In this document: piece by piece, positions 40,596-61,271 of the stretch
How positions within the stretch are numbered: position 1 is the first letter of the stretch
How the letters are laid out: the number at the start of each line of letters is the position of its first letter
NCBI RefSeq assembly: GCF_009914755.1
Contig: NC_060932.1
Reading direction: 5' to 3' (one strand)
From: the human T2T-CHM13v2.0 reference genome, Homo sapiens
DNA length: 64,000 nucleotides
Position numbers and translations under genes: made by a program
The notes under the pieces: generated by a model
What the model saw: the letters and a program-made list of their open reading frames with translations, nothing else
The model's database searches: none
What the model was told of the DNA's origin: nothing

Positions 40596-40732
40596 TCACA
40601 CCTGAACCTCTTTAATCCATGCAGAACCTTTCTACTTCTTTGTTTGTAAATGAAGGATATTTACTAAGAATGTTCTCAGAAGATGAAACCATTGAGCATA
40701 CTACTCTTCACAAGAAATGCATGTTTACTCTG

Positions 40733-43392
<2,660 letters not shown>

Positions 43393-43786
43393 TATATTCA
43401 GAATCTTTTGGCAATGAGATATTCTGGATAATTTTTGTGTTTGTGGTAACTTACAGAGTAATGCTATTACAAATTCAAGATAATTTGGGTATGAGTAGTA
43501 ATGAGTACCTCATAGGCAGTTGGAGTCACATGTATGAGCAGATATTACACTGAATGTTAATGGGAAACGTTTTGGTCAGTCAGATCTCTTTAGATTCAGG
43601 AAAAATAGAATGAATTTATAAATATATAAGGAGTACATGCTTTGGGATTACTGAAATTGGTGAATTGGTAAAGGAAATCAGAGAAGAATATGTTAAGGAG
43701 AGTGTAGTTTAAGATTTTGAATATTTTATAAAAGTTTTTTTTTAGCATTTGTCACATAAATTCCATGATTATTATTTTGCCTACAG

Positions 43787-43853
43787 TCATTAACAGCTGA
43801 AGAGAAGACGATTACAGAAAAGCACCTTGAATTATGCCCTAGACCCAAGCAAG
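43787..43853 (+). CDS. SPIDR: SPIDR exon 3 (SLTAEEKTITEKHLELCPRPKQ), 67 nt
   Basis: ctacag|TCATTA ... AAGCAAG|gtaact; phase 0-1. Confidence 0.95.
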
Positions 43854-45334
43854 GTAACTATTTTGTTGATTTCTTGACAGAGAAGATATAAGACTAATAA
43901 ATCCTTCTGTGATTATTTTAAAAATTTGCTGTTTTAAAAAAGTGACATGGTTTGGGTAGACTATATTCATAGTTAAAAAACATCAAGATAAGGTAAAAAG
44001 ATATTTTTGAGAACTTTGTCTGTCATCGCTGTCACCGTCTACCCCATTTCTCCTGCCTGCCTACAGATAACTAACATTTTTTGTGTGTCCTTCCTAAGTT
44101 CATTTTTATCACAGAGCCCAGTAGGTTAGCTCATGCTCATAGCTCCAGGGTTTTGTTTGTTTGTTTGTTTGTTTGTTTGTTTTTAATCTGATTTGGGAAA
44201 GAAATGTGACCTATGCCATAAGAACTATACTGCTTCAGGCTCTGAAATTCTTTCTTGATGAATTAGGGAACTTTCAATAAGTAGTAGAAAACTCTGTTCA
44301 AACACTAGAGTATTTGAATAAATGAGGTTGAATTTGTCTCCTGCAGCAGGACATCCACAGGGCTAGATTCTTTCTGAATTCTGTAGCCTGAGTGTGGAAT
44401 TGGTTCTCATGGTCAGGAGGTGTTGGCTGAATTCCACAGGCTGAATTCTTGGAAGAGTGTAGGTGCTGAGGATTTTCGCCAAGTCAGCTTTGCCTTTCCT
44501 TTGGGAAGGAATGCGCTTCCCAGTACCTCTACCTTTGACTAGAACCTGTTACAAACGGTCACCTCCACTAAAGATACTTTAGTGAAATTAAGGATTTTTA
44601 GATAGGTATGTTGCTGCTAAAGAAAACTGGGGTTATTAGTAATGAAGAAGGGGTGGATATCAGGTAGGCCGCTGGTTCTCCTGCCATAGGCAGTCAGCCC
44701 CGCTGTGGGTGTGTAGGAAGAGTGAGGGCTTGTGACTTCCGGGATCTTGCTGTGTCCTGGCTCTCTAATCTTTGAAAACTAAGCTAAACATTCGCAGTCT
44801 GTTTTGTATCTGGAGAATGGGCATAATCATTGGGTTATCATGAATATTAAGTGAGCTAAAAATAGTAGATTAAATGCCTAATTAAAGGTGCTTCAGTAGG
44901 TACTTGATTGATGACAGCAGTTGCTCATATGTCTGATGACAGAAGGAGCTATGTGAAAGCCTATTCAGAGTTCTACAGAGTGAACTAACTTCCTGTGACA
45001 TTCTAAACCATGTTACTATTTCAAGTGACATGGAAGAGGTTCTATGCAAATGAAAAATAAAATTTGCCAAAATGTTTCTTTAAAATTTATAAAGTGTTGC
45101 TTTATGAAGTAAACTAGTACACATCTTTTAAATTCTATAATCTTCTGATGGAATTGCAGAAGCTGTTGGCAGAGACAAGCCTCTGACCTTAGGCACACAT
45201 TACAAAAGCATGTTCCTGATTCTGCTTCCCAGCTGTCATAAAAATACTACTTCCTCACCCAAAATGTAGTATAGAATTTTTATCTTGGAATTTTTGTTAA
45301 TAGGATGTCTTAAACTAATACTTCAGTATCTGTT

Positions 45335-45616
45335 CTAGACCTCTCTCCTTGGCTTGTAGATGATTGCCTTCTTCCTCTCTCTCTTCCCCAGGTCTCTTCA
45401 CATTGTCTTCTCTGTGCATGTCTGTCTTTGTGTCCAGATTTCACCTTATAAGGATTTCAGTCATCTTGGATTAAGGCCCACCCTAATGACCTTATTTGAA
45501 TTTGATTACCTCTTTGAAGACCATGTCTTCAAATAAAGTCACATTCTGAGGTACAGAAGGTTAGGACTTCAACATTTGAATTTTGGTGGGGGGGGACACA
45601 GTTCAGCTCATAACAC
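45335..45616 (-). mobile_element. MLT1-type LTR fragment
   Basis: ctctctccttggcttgtagat..ggattaaggcccaccctaatgacc..gtcacattctgaggta..gttaggacttcaaca. Confidence 0.75.
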
Positions 45617-46697
45617 CAGGTGCTAGGACAGTGCCTAGCACACAGTGGGCACCCAGAAATGTTCAGTGTGGCTAATATTTATCCTACGGTTCCATTGGAA
45701 TGAGCCTTGATATCAAGGACACCCTCTTTACAGCAAGTGAAATGAGTTACTAATCAATTCCTGGTAGTGATTTTAACTACCTAGTTGTGCAGTCAGGTGC
45801 CTATAATTCATGGGTTTATAAATCTAGAGTCCTGGTCTCTGAGGTTTTGAATGACATAACTAATGATTATCCTGTCTTTTAAATTAGATGGTACAGAAGC
45901 ACCAGACAGTTACATATTTTCTTAGATACTCACACTAAACTAATGGTGAAAGCAACTGCAGGTCTCTCTGACTTGAGAGCTACGCATAATGGTTAAGAAC
46001 ATGGACTCAGAAGCTCACCTGCCTGGGTGTGCGTCTCAGGCACCACAGCTGCTGGCTGAAAAAAGGCATTACATTTGGGAAGTCCTTTCCAATGAATGAC
46101 TCATAACATAGAAACTGTATGAATAAAGCTGGTAAATTCACCTAAACATAAAGGGAAAAACAGCATGGCCAAAATTACATATATAAGTCTGATAGGGTGG
46201 CATACGTCTGTAGTCCCAGTTACTTGGGAGGCTGTGGCAGGAAGATCACTTGAGCCCAGGAGTTTGGGGCTGCAGTGTGCTGTGATCATGCCTGTGTACA
46301 GCTGCTGCAGTCCATCCTGGGTGACATAGCAAGACCACATCGCTTACAAAAAATTACATGTACATACACAAAATTTAAAATTCAGAAAAACCAGGGAAAA
46401 TACTGTGGCTCATGTCACAGACCAAGGCTGATCTTTCTAATAAAGAACCATCAGAACTTAATCTAGGGGGAAAAAGATAACTATTGCAAAAATAACGATT
46501 ATGGAGGAACTGCTTTCAAAAAAGGAAATATAAATGATTTTCAAACCTATGAAAAGATGCTCAGCCTCAAGGCAGTGAGAGGTCATTTTTTTCTGATCAG
46601 ATCATCCAGAATCTTAGTATATATCTTTCTGTTTGTTCTTTCATGTTCTTTTGAAGTCTTCTAAAAACATGTACTTTGGTTTTACATGTCTCTTAAG

Positions 46698-47869
46698 TAT
46701 TGGGGGAACCCGCCCCCAATATTTCAACGTAGGTTCTTTGTATTTTCCCTAAGTGTCGGCCAGCTGAGAAATAAAGAGAAAGAGTACAAGGAGAGGAATT
46801 TTACAGCTGGGCCTCCAGGGGTGACATCACATAACAGTAGGACCGTGATGCCCACCTGAGCCACAAAACCAGCAGGTTTTTATTAAGGACTTCAAAAGGG
46901 GAGGGGGTGTACGAACAGGGAGTAGGTCACAAAGATCACATGCTTCAAAGGGCAAAAAGGAGAACAAAGATCACATGCTTCTGAGGCCAATAAAGATCAC
47001 AAGGCAAAGGGCAAAGCAAAGATCACAAGGCAAAGGGCAAAGCAAAGATCACAAGGCAAAGGGCGAAATCAAAAACTCCTGATAAGGGTCTATGTTCAGC
47101 TGTGCACATATTGTCTTGATAAACATCTTAAACAACAGAAAACAGGGTTGGAGAGCAGAGAACTGGTCTGACCTCAAATTCACCAGGGTGGATTTTTTTT
47201 CCCCACCCTAATAAACCTGAGGGTACTGCAGGAGACCAGGGTGTATTTCAGTTCTTATCCCAACCGCATAAGACAGACACTCCCAGAGTGGCCGTTTATA
47301 GACCTCCCCCCAGGAATGCATTCCTTCCCCAGGGTATTAATTATTAATATTCCTTGCTGGGAAAAGAATTTAGCAATATCTTCCCTACTTGCATGTCCGT
47401 TTATAGGCTCTCTGCAAGAAGAAAAATATGGCTGTATTCTGCCTGACCCCAAAGGCCATCAGACCTTATGGTTGTTTTCCCTTGTTCCCTGAAAATCGCT
47501 GTTATTCTGTTCTTTTTCAAGGTGCACTGATTTCATATTGTTCAAACACACATTTTACAATCAATTTGTACAGTTTAACACGATAGTGGTCCTGAGGTGA
47601 TGTACATTCTCAGTTTATGAAGATAACAGGATTAAGAGAGTAAAGACAGGCATAAGAAATTATAAAAGTATTATTTGGGGAATGATAAAGGTCCATATTA
47701 AAATGAAATCTTCACAATTTATGTTCAGAGATTGAAGTAAAGAACTTGTAAAAGTATTAATTTTGGGAACTGATATATGTCCATATTAAAATGAAATCTA
47801 CATAATTTATGTTCCTCTGCGGTGGCTCCAGCTCGTCCCTCTGTTCGGGGTCCCTGACTTCCTGCAACA
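46698..47869 (-). mobile_element. MER11 (HERV-K/HML-8) solo LTR
   Basis: Minus-strand start tgttgcaggaagtcagggacccc, end ggttcccccaata; perfect 6-bp TSD CTTAAG (46692-46697, 47870-47875); internal 26-bp repeats. Confidence 0.9.
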
Positions 47870-48049
47870 CTTAAGTTTCTTGTAGGTATTTTATTGGTTT
47901 TTGCTACTGCTTTAAATTTGATTTCTGTATTGTAGTTTGTACCTTGCCACCTTTATTGGACTTCCTTATTAACGGTAGTAATTTTTCAGTTGGTTTCTTG
48001 ACTTTTCCATGAATTCATTTCATAATTTGCAAATAGTGATAACTTCCTT

Positions 48050-48985
48050 CTTTTTTTTTTTTGAGATAATGTCTCACTCTGTCACCCAGGCTAGAGTACA
48101 GTGGTGTGATCTCTGCTCACTGCAACCTCTGCCTCCTGGGTTCAAGCAATTCTCTGCCTCAGTCTCCCGAGTAGCTGGGATTACAGGTGCCCACAACCAT
48201 GCCTGGCTAATTTTTTGTATTTTTAGTAGAGATGGGGTTTCACCATCTTGGCCAGGCTGGTCTTGAACTTCTGACCTCGTGATCCACCCACCTCGGCCTC
48301 CCGAAGTCTAGGATTACAGGCGTGAGCCACCGCTCCCTGCTGATAACTTCCTTCTTGACTTATTTTTCAGATGCATAATAATGATAGAGATTGATAATGT
48401 CTTTTGCAAGTACTCAGTTTATTTTATTAGCTATTTAGATAGATATAGATTCTTAGAATATTCTGAATAGTTTATTTTTCCTTTTATAACGTGAACAATA
48501 GGCCACTTCAGTAATTCTAGATGTTTGTGGCACAAAGTAGTAAGTGTTCAGTAAATGTTGACTATTCCATGTTTTTGTGCCTTTGTAAGTACTGTTTTTT
48601 CAGACATCATCTTGTCAGTGAATCCTCTTTTCCTGATCGATGCAAAGTGGAACATTCCATTTTTTTTGTGCCACCATTATTCCATGACATACATCTGGTA
48701 TATTGTTAGTTTTTTTCATGATTAGTGTTTCTTCCAGACCACACATATTCCTTGTGGGAAGGAGCTTTCTTTTCTTTTCTTTTTTAGAGATGGGATCTTA
48801 CCCTGTCACTCGGGATGGAGTGCTGTGGTGCAGTCATAGCTCACTGCAGCCTCAAACATTTGCTCTTAAACTCGTCCTCCTGCTTCAGACTCCCAAGTAG
48901 CTGGGACTACAGGCATGTACCACTGTGCCCAGCTAATTTTTTAACTTTTTGTAGAGATTGGGTCTCACTGTGTTGCCTAGGCTGG
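48050..48985 (-). mobile_element. Antisense AluS (48050-48340) and AluJ (48770-48985)
   Basis: Alu consensus; TSD tgataacttccttct for the first. Confidence 0.88.
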
Positions 48986-49326
48986 AGTTTTTTTTGTTTC
49001 CTCATGGTTTACTGTATCAGAGGGGTTCTGTAAATATGTATCTAATGAAGCCTAGGTTTATTTTTTGTAAAACATGAATTTTATAAATATCTAATCTCTT
49101 AATTTCATAGTGTATTAAAATGTGCTTTGAAATATATCAAATACCATACTGCATAGGATAAGATATATATGTACATATATATGTTTTAGCATTATATTTA
49201 CAATTATGAATATAAACAGAATAATTGATTTTTATTAGGTATATATTCCTTTTCTGACCAATATCAGAAAAGTTTGCTGTTGACTTTTGATTCTGCCAAG
49301 ATGAAATAGCCCCATTCTGTCAGGTT

Positions 49327-50330
<1,004 letters not shown>

Positions 50331-50791
50331 AAGGTTTGGTCTTAAGTGTTTTAAGCACCCTGCTACCAGAGCTCTTAGCATGGCAAAGGAAGCACACAGA
50401 AGCATTCCTGTTACTCATAAGTTTTGACTTTGTGTTTTGCATTTTAAAAAATTTTTTGTTTTCATCAAATACCCCAGAAAGTTATACTTTTATAAATGTT
50501 ATTTCAAGTCTTATTTTTCCGGTTTTCATTTGTGCTCTAGTCACTTTCCTTTTTTTGTATAACTTAACCAGTTCTACTTCTTTTTCTTCTTGGAACTTGG
50601 CTTCGAACTCAGAGAATGTTAGTGAGATTGTACGTAGAACTTTAGGTAGGAAGATTTGACATAGACATTGCTTTTCCTATCACAGAGTTTTGTGTATTTG
50701 TGACTTTGGCAAAATTACATGCATAAAATTGTATTCTGATAAATGACCATATAAGGAGATCATATTTATGTGCTTTCTTTTCCTTCAACAG

Positions 50792-50896
50792 AAACCACCA
50801 CATCTAAAAGCACCAGTGGGCTTACAGACATAACATGGAGCTCCAGTGGAAGTGATTTGTCGGATGAAGATAAGACACTTTCTCAGTTACAGAGAG
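50792..50896 (+). CDS. SPIDR: SPIDR exon 4 (ETTTSKSTSG...LSQLQR), 105 nt
   Basis: Pyrimidine tract tttcttttccttcaacag|AAACC ... AGAG|gtaatg; phase 1-1. Confidence 0.95.
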
Positions 50897-51067
50897 GTAA
50901 TGGACATTGCTCTAGAATAGACAGATTTTGTAACAGGAACATATTGTGTCCAGAAGATCAGAGTAATGAAGGTAAATTGATAATTTTGTTAGGAATCCAG
51001 TTTCTGTTAAATATTGGATTTAATATTGGAAGAAACTTACATTCCTTTCTAGTATTTATCATTAACA

Positions 51068-51288
51068 TTCCACCTATCAGAATGGCTACAATAAAAAGTA
51101 GTGACAGTACAAAATGCTGGTGAGGTTGTGGAGAAACTGGATCACCAGTACATTGCAGGTGTACAGTAAAATGGTATAGCCACTCTGGAAAACAGTCTGG
51201 CGGTTTCTTAAAGACTAAACATGCAATTACCATATAGCCCAGCAACTGCACCTTTAGGCATTTGTCCCAGAGAATGAAAATTAAATTC
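51068..51288 (+). repeat. 221-bp direct copy of 49327-49547
   Basis: Ungapped alignment by eye, ~12 mismatches (~95% identity). Confidence 0.93.
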
Positions 51289-51648
51289 CTTTCTAATAGT
51301 TAGGATTTTACTGAGTCCCACCCTCTATGCTAAACACTTCAGAAACATTTTCTTGTTTAATATTTCTCAAAACAACTCTAAGAAACTCTAAGAGATAGGT
51401 ATTACAGATATTATTTTTACAGTTAACAACTTAAGCTTGGACTGATGAGAATGGATTGGGATTCCATTTTAGGTCTCTGCTCCATAGCCAGTTCTTTCAA
51501 CGTCTACACAGTGCCACACCCACACTGCCTTCTTCCCAACCTGTTCGGTAAATACTGTGACAACCAGTGTGTGGTAGAGGTGTAACGTACTGACAAATTT
51601 CTATTCAGATGGCGTTTTATATTGTGTCATGTTTTAGACAATTGAAAG

Positions 51649-51870
51649 CAGAGTTTCTCATCCTTGACACTCTTGACATTTTGGGCCAGATGATTCTTTG
51701 CTATGGGGAGTAACACCTTCCTATGCCTGTAGGATATTCTGCCGTGTCCCTTGCCTTTACCTGCCGGGTCACAGTAGAATCCCAGCCACAGTGATGATAA
51801 CCAAAGATGTCTCCAGATGTTGTCAAGGGTCCCATGAAGGACAAAAATCACCCCTAGTTGATAACCACAG
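51649..51870. mobile_element. MER20 DNA transposon
   Basis: cagagtttctcatccttgacact.ttgacattttgggccagatgattcttt...aaatgtctccaga-like...aaaatcacccctagttgataaccac. Confidence 0.85.
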
Positions 51871-53214
51871 ATGTTGAATTATGGAAATCATGTCCTTTTA
51901 GAATTTTTAAAATATACAAATCATCTATAGAGTATTTCAGTGTCTTAATGTTTTCAAAATAAGCTTATGACTTTTAACTCTTGACGGTTCATGTTAGTTA
52001 CCTAGGGTTCAGTTTGTACAGACAGCTTCTCGGGAGGGTAGTTAAATTCTTTTGACCACTTTGTATTTCATTTTGGTAACTATTAATATCATTGACCTTT
52101 TAGTAGTTACCAGGTGAAGTGGTATTTTAAGATTGTATATAAGCTGATAGCAGTTCTATTATTGATTCAACCATATTAAATGAAATTTATTGTTACTTGG
52201 TTTGTCTTCATACATTTCAGAATACAAAGTTTATAAAAATGGGTAAATAGTATGGTTTGTGCCTCCCAAAGTGCTGGGATTACACATGTGAGCTGTCGCG
52301 CCCAGCCTCCCTTCCATTTGGTTTTTACCAATTGTCTAAAAGTTTTTATAACTTTTGGAAAATCTCTTAAATTATTGTAGACCCAATTTCCTCATCTGTA
52401 AAATGCAAATTTAAGTGTAATAGTAGCAGTCTTCCTGCTTTTTAAAAGTTTTGTGACCACAAAAGTTTTGTGACGAAAGCCCCCGTTATTTCATAGCATG
52501 CATCACATTGCAATATGTATTAATTTGTGGGCTACTTCAGGCTAGGAATGGTGCTGTTTTCTCTATTGTATTTATTTTGTATTGTGAGTATCTCGAATGG
52601 TGTGATGGGCTCTTTTTAGGCATTTGCTTTGTCTAATGAATGAAGGAGTGAATGAATGAATGAGTGCTGCACAGATGTGTGATACCGGCAGCGGCTCTGA
52701 GGGCACTTGTGTTTTTCCCTTGTCTCTCCCTGGCTTCCTGTTGAGAAGGTTCAGCAACCTGGAAAATCTCTAATGTGTTCCCCTGCCTGGCTTCCGTGAC
52801 TAAATTTGATGTTAATGTGGGAAGCCGTTGCCATTATGCATCTGCTTCTCTCAGTGGTGGTCTGACCTTCGGTCTGTTATGATCATTATAGTGGCTGTTT
52901 TTTTTAAGAGATGAGGTCATGCTCTGTCACCCAGGCTGGAGTGCAGTGGATCATAGCTCACCGCAGTTTCAAACTCCTGGGCTCGAGCGATCCTACTACA
53001 TCCTCTTAATTATGTTTAGTGAAAAAGTCTAGCTGTGTAAGAAAGGAGGAAAAAAATAACAATACATAGTTTATTTGCTTAAACATGCTGGAGAAACTCT
53101 ACAAAGATACAGAAACACCTAATAAAAGTAGTTAACTTAAAATTGGGGTTGGGATAAGATTTGGGAGAAACAGTGATTTGAGATAAGAGTAGAAATATAC
53201 TTTTCACTGTCTAA

Positions 53215-53507
<293 letters not shown>

Positions 53508-53625
53508 TAAATATATTTTTTAAAATTATTGAGTGACATGGATATATTAACTGCTAAGAATAAAAGAGATATAAAAGTGAAAGATTAAGGAGATAATTAA
53601 GCAAGTTAAAAATTATATTTTTTAG

Positions 53626-53789
53626 ATGAATTACAGTTTATCGACTGGGAGATTGACAGTGACAGGGCAGAGGCTAGTGACTGTGATGAATTTGAAGATG
53701 ACGAGGGTGCTGTGGAAATCTCAGACTGTGCTTCTTGTGCAAGTAATCAGTCTTTGACAAGTGATGAGAAGCTGTCGGAGCTTCCCAAG
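53626..53789 (+). CDS. SPIDR: SPIDR exon 5 (DELQFIDWEIDSD...LSELPK), 164 nt
   Basis: ttttttag|ATGAA ... CCCAAG|gtaaga; phase 1-0; cumulative CDS 525 nt = 175 codons without a stop. Confidence 0.96.
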
Positions 53790-55094
53790 GTAAGAATGAA
53801 GTATTTCAAAACTTTTATTCACTTTATAACATTTGCTAATCATAGTTGTCATTTTTTTTTTTGTTTTTTTTTTCCTGTCCTTCCTCGAGAACAACCACTT
53901 TTGACTCTTAGGGGATTCTTTTGTTCTTTACTCACTTATCTCTAAATAACATGCTTGTGCTGTACTTCTCAACATGGATAAATATTGATCTCACTTCTCT
54001 TTCACTTCCCACCCTCACTGCACACCGAATGTTTTTTATCCTGCTATTCTTCCAGTGCAGATATATCAAAGTGCTGGAATTGCACATGTCAGCCACCATA
54101 CCTGGGCAAAAAGATACAAATTTAAATCAGCTGTCTTCCACGAGTCCTCTCCCAGTGGAGTCACACAGTATATGCTTAATTCTTCCAGCAAAATGTTTAG
54201 ACAACATGTGTGAAGTGTTATGTACCAGGGAACTCATTAGAGACTCAGTGCCCAGGGTTTGTATTAGGGGCTAGTAACATAGGCACCCTCTCCCTAGAAG
54301 GTTCAGCAGTGGACTAGGAGGATACACAGGACTTAGCATATAGTCGTACTCGTGGCCATCGTTTATTACACTGAAAGGATAGAAATCTATTTTTATTTAT
54401 TTATTTAGAGACAGGGTCTTGCTGTGTCACCCAGGCTAGAACGCAATGGTGCGATCGTAGCTCACTGTAGCCTTGATCTCCTGGGCTCAAGTGATCCTCT
54501 CACCTCAGCCTCCAGAGTAGCTGGTCCTACAGGCATGTGCCACCACGTCTGGCTAATTGTTGTATTTTTTGTATGTTAACTCTTTTCTGCATGTATGTGA
54601 GTTTGTAGTTTTCATCACATTTGGTAAGTTTTTGGCTTTTACTTCTTAATTTTTTTTCTGACTCCCCTTTTCGTTTCCTCCTGTGACTCCAATTACATGT
54701 ATATTAATTAGGCTGCTTAGTGTTGCGTCATGTCTCATTTTTGCTGTCATTGTTTTTTCCCCTTCATTTCATTTTGGGTGGTTTCTGTTGCTACATCTTC
54801 TAGTTTAATAACTTTTTAAAAATTCTTCAGTATATTCTGCAGCTAATACTATCCAGTGTATTGGTCATCTCTGACATTGTATTTTTCATTTCTGGAAGTT
54901 TGATGTGAGTCTTTATATTGTCCATGTCTTTTCTTAACATGACATACTTTCTTCTATATTTTGAACATACAGAGTATATTTATAATAGCTGTTTTTAATG
55001 GCTGTTTTGGTAAATCTGTCTGTGTCATTTCTGTGTCTATTTGTCCTCCTTATGAGTTGTATTTTTCTGCTTTTTTGCATGCCTATAAATTTTA

Positions 55095-57218
55095 AAAAAT
55101 TGTAAAATACAATGCACTATTATTATAGTCTTCATTCTGTGTATTAGATTACTAAAGCATATTACTTCTGTCTAAATGAAATTTTGTATCCTTTAGTCAG
55201 CATCTTCCCTTTCTCCATCCACTTTTCTCTCCCAGCCTCTGGTAATCAACATTCTACCACAATTCTGTGAGTTCTACTTTTTTAGATTCCCCATGTAAGT
55301 AAGATCATGCTGTATTTGTCTTTGTGTGCCTGGCTTATCTGAGTTAACGTAATGTCCTCCAGGTTCATTCATGTTGCAAATGATAGAATTTCCTTCTTTA
55401 TCAAGACTGGATAGTATTCCATTGGTGTATATATACTATATTTACTTTATGCATTCGTCTAGACACCTAGATTGCTTCCAAATCTTAGCTATTGTGAATA
55501 GCACTGCAGTTAACATGGGAGTGCAGATATTTTTTTAGCATACTGATTTCAATCCTTTGGCCCAGAAGTGGGATTACTAGATTATATGGTAGTTCTATTT
55601 TTAGTTTTTTGAGAGACCTTCATACTGTTCTCCATAATAGCTGTGATAATTTACATTCCCACCAACAATGTACAAGTTCCCTTTTTGCTACACACTCACC
55701 AACGCTTGTTATCTTTCATCTTTTTGATAGTCTTTCTAACAGGTGTGAGGTGATCCCTCATTGTGGCTTTAATCTGCATTTCCCTGGTGAGTGGTGATGA
55801 TGAGCATTTTAATATATATCTGTTGGCCATTTGTACATCTTTTGAGCAATGTTTAGGTCCTCTGCACATTTTTAAATTGGGTTCTTTGTTTTCTTGCTAT
55901 TGAGTTGAGTTCTTTGTCTATTTTAGATATTAGCGCCTTATCAGATATGTAGTTTGTAGATATTTTCTCTCAATCCATGGCACATCTTTTGCTCTGTTGT
56001 TTCTTTGCTGTGTATAATCTTTTCAGTTAGATGCAATCTCATATGTTTTTGCTTTTGTTGTCAGTGCTTTTAGGGTAATATTTAAGAAATCTTTGCCCAG
56101 ACCAGTGTTATGGAGCATTTTCCCTATGTTTTATTTCAGTAGCTTTACAGTTTCAGGTTTTATGTTTAAGTCATTAGTCCATTTTTAGTTGATTTTGGTG
56201 TATGGTGTGAGATAAGGGTCTAATTTCTTTCTTTTGCATGTGGTTAACCTGTTTTCCCAGCACAATTTATTGAGGATTGTCCTCTTTCCATTGTATATTC
56301 TTGGCACGTTTGTTGTAAATAATTGACCACAAATGTGTGGGTTTACTTCTGGGCTCTCTACCCTGTTTGATTGGTTAGTTGGTCGGTTTTTATGCTGTGC
56401 TGTTTTGGTTACATTAGCTTTGTAACAGGTTTTAAAATCAAGTACTGTGATACCTCTAGGTTTGTTCTTTTCGCTTTGGCCATTTGGGGTTTTTTGTGGT
56501 TCCATATGAGTTTTAGGATTGTTTTATTCTGTGAAGAATGACATTGGAATTTCGTTAGGCATTGCATTGAATCTGAATATCACTTTGGGAAGTATGAATA
56601 GTTTAACAATATTCTTGCATTCCATGAATATGGATAGCTTTCCATGTGTTTGTGTCATCTACTATATCTTTCATCAGTGTTTTGTATTTTCTAGTATATA
56701 CATCTATTGCCTCCTTAAATTTACTTCTAAGTTGCTTTTTCTCGATGCTACTGTAAACGGGATTGAGTTCTTAATTTCTTTTTCAGGTACTTCATTCTTA
56801 GAATAGAGAAACACTGTAGATTTTGTATCCTGCAACTTTACTGAATTTGTTTATCAGACTTAATGGTTTTTTGGTGAAGTTGTTAGCATTTTCTATATGT
56901 GAGACCATGACATCAGCAAACAGATGATTTCTCTTCTTCCTCTGATATGGATGCCTTTATTTCTTTCTCTTGCCTAATCGCTCTTGCCAGGACATCTAAC
57001 TCTGTTGAATAGCAGTGGCAAGAGCGGGCATTCTTATCTTGTTTTTGATCATAGAGGAAAAGCTTTTACCTTTTTCCAGGGAGCATGGCAGCTGTGGGCT
57101 TGTTACATATGGCCTTTATTGTGTATAAACACAATATATTCCTTCTATACATAATGTGTTGACAGTTTTTATCATGAAATAATTTTGAGTTGTGTCACAT
57201 GCTTTTTCCATATCTATT
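55095..57218 (-). mobile_element. Old L1MA/MB 3' part; resumes at 63352-63560 after the L1PA insertion
   Basis: ORF2 remnant 56185..56505 ([39 protein letters not shown]); colinear continuation beyond the TSD. Confidence 0.85.
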
Positions 57219-57433
57219 TTTTTTTATTATTATACTTTAAGTTTTAGGGTACATGTGCAAAACGTGCAGGTTTGTTACATATGTATACATGTGCCATGTC
57301 GGTGTGCTGCACCCATTAACTCGTCATTTAACATCAGGTATATCTCCTAATGCTATCCCTCCCCACCTCCCCCACCCCACGACAGGCGCCGGTGTGTGAT
57401 GTTCCCCTTCCTGTGTCCATCTGTTCTCATTGT

Positions 57434-61244
<3,811 letters not shown>

Positions 61245-61271
61245 TATGATGTTAGCTGGTTATTTTGCTCA

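Noticed and set aside
46940-47070. Short direct repeats superficially like a CRISPR array
   Set aside because: No unique spacers; internal repeats of a MER11 LTR in human DNA
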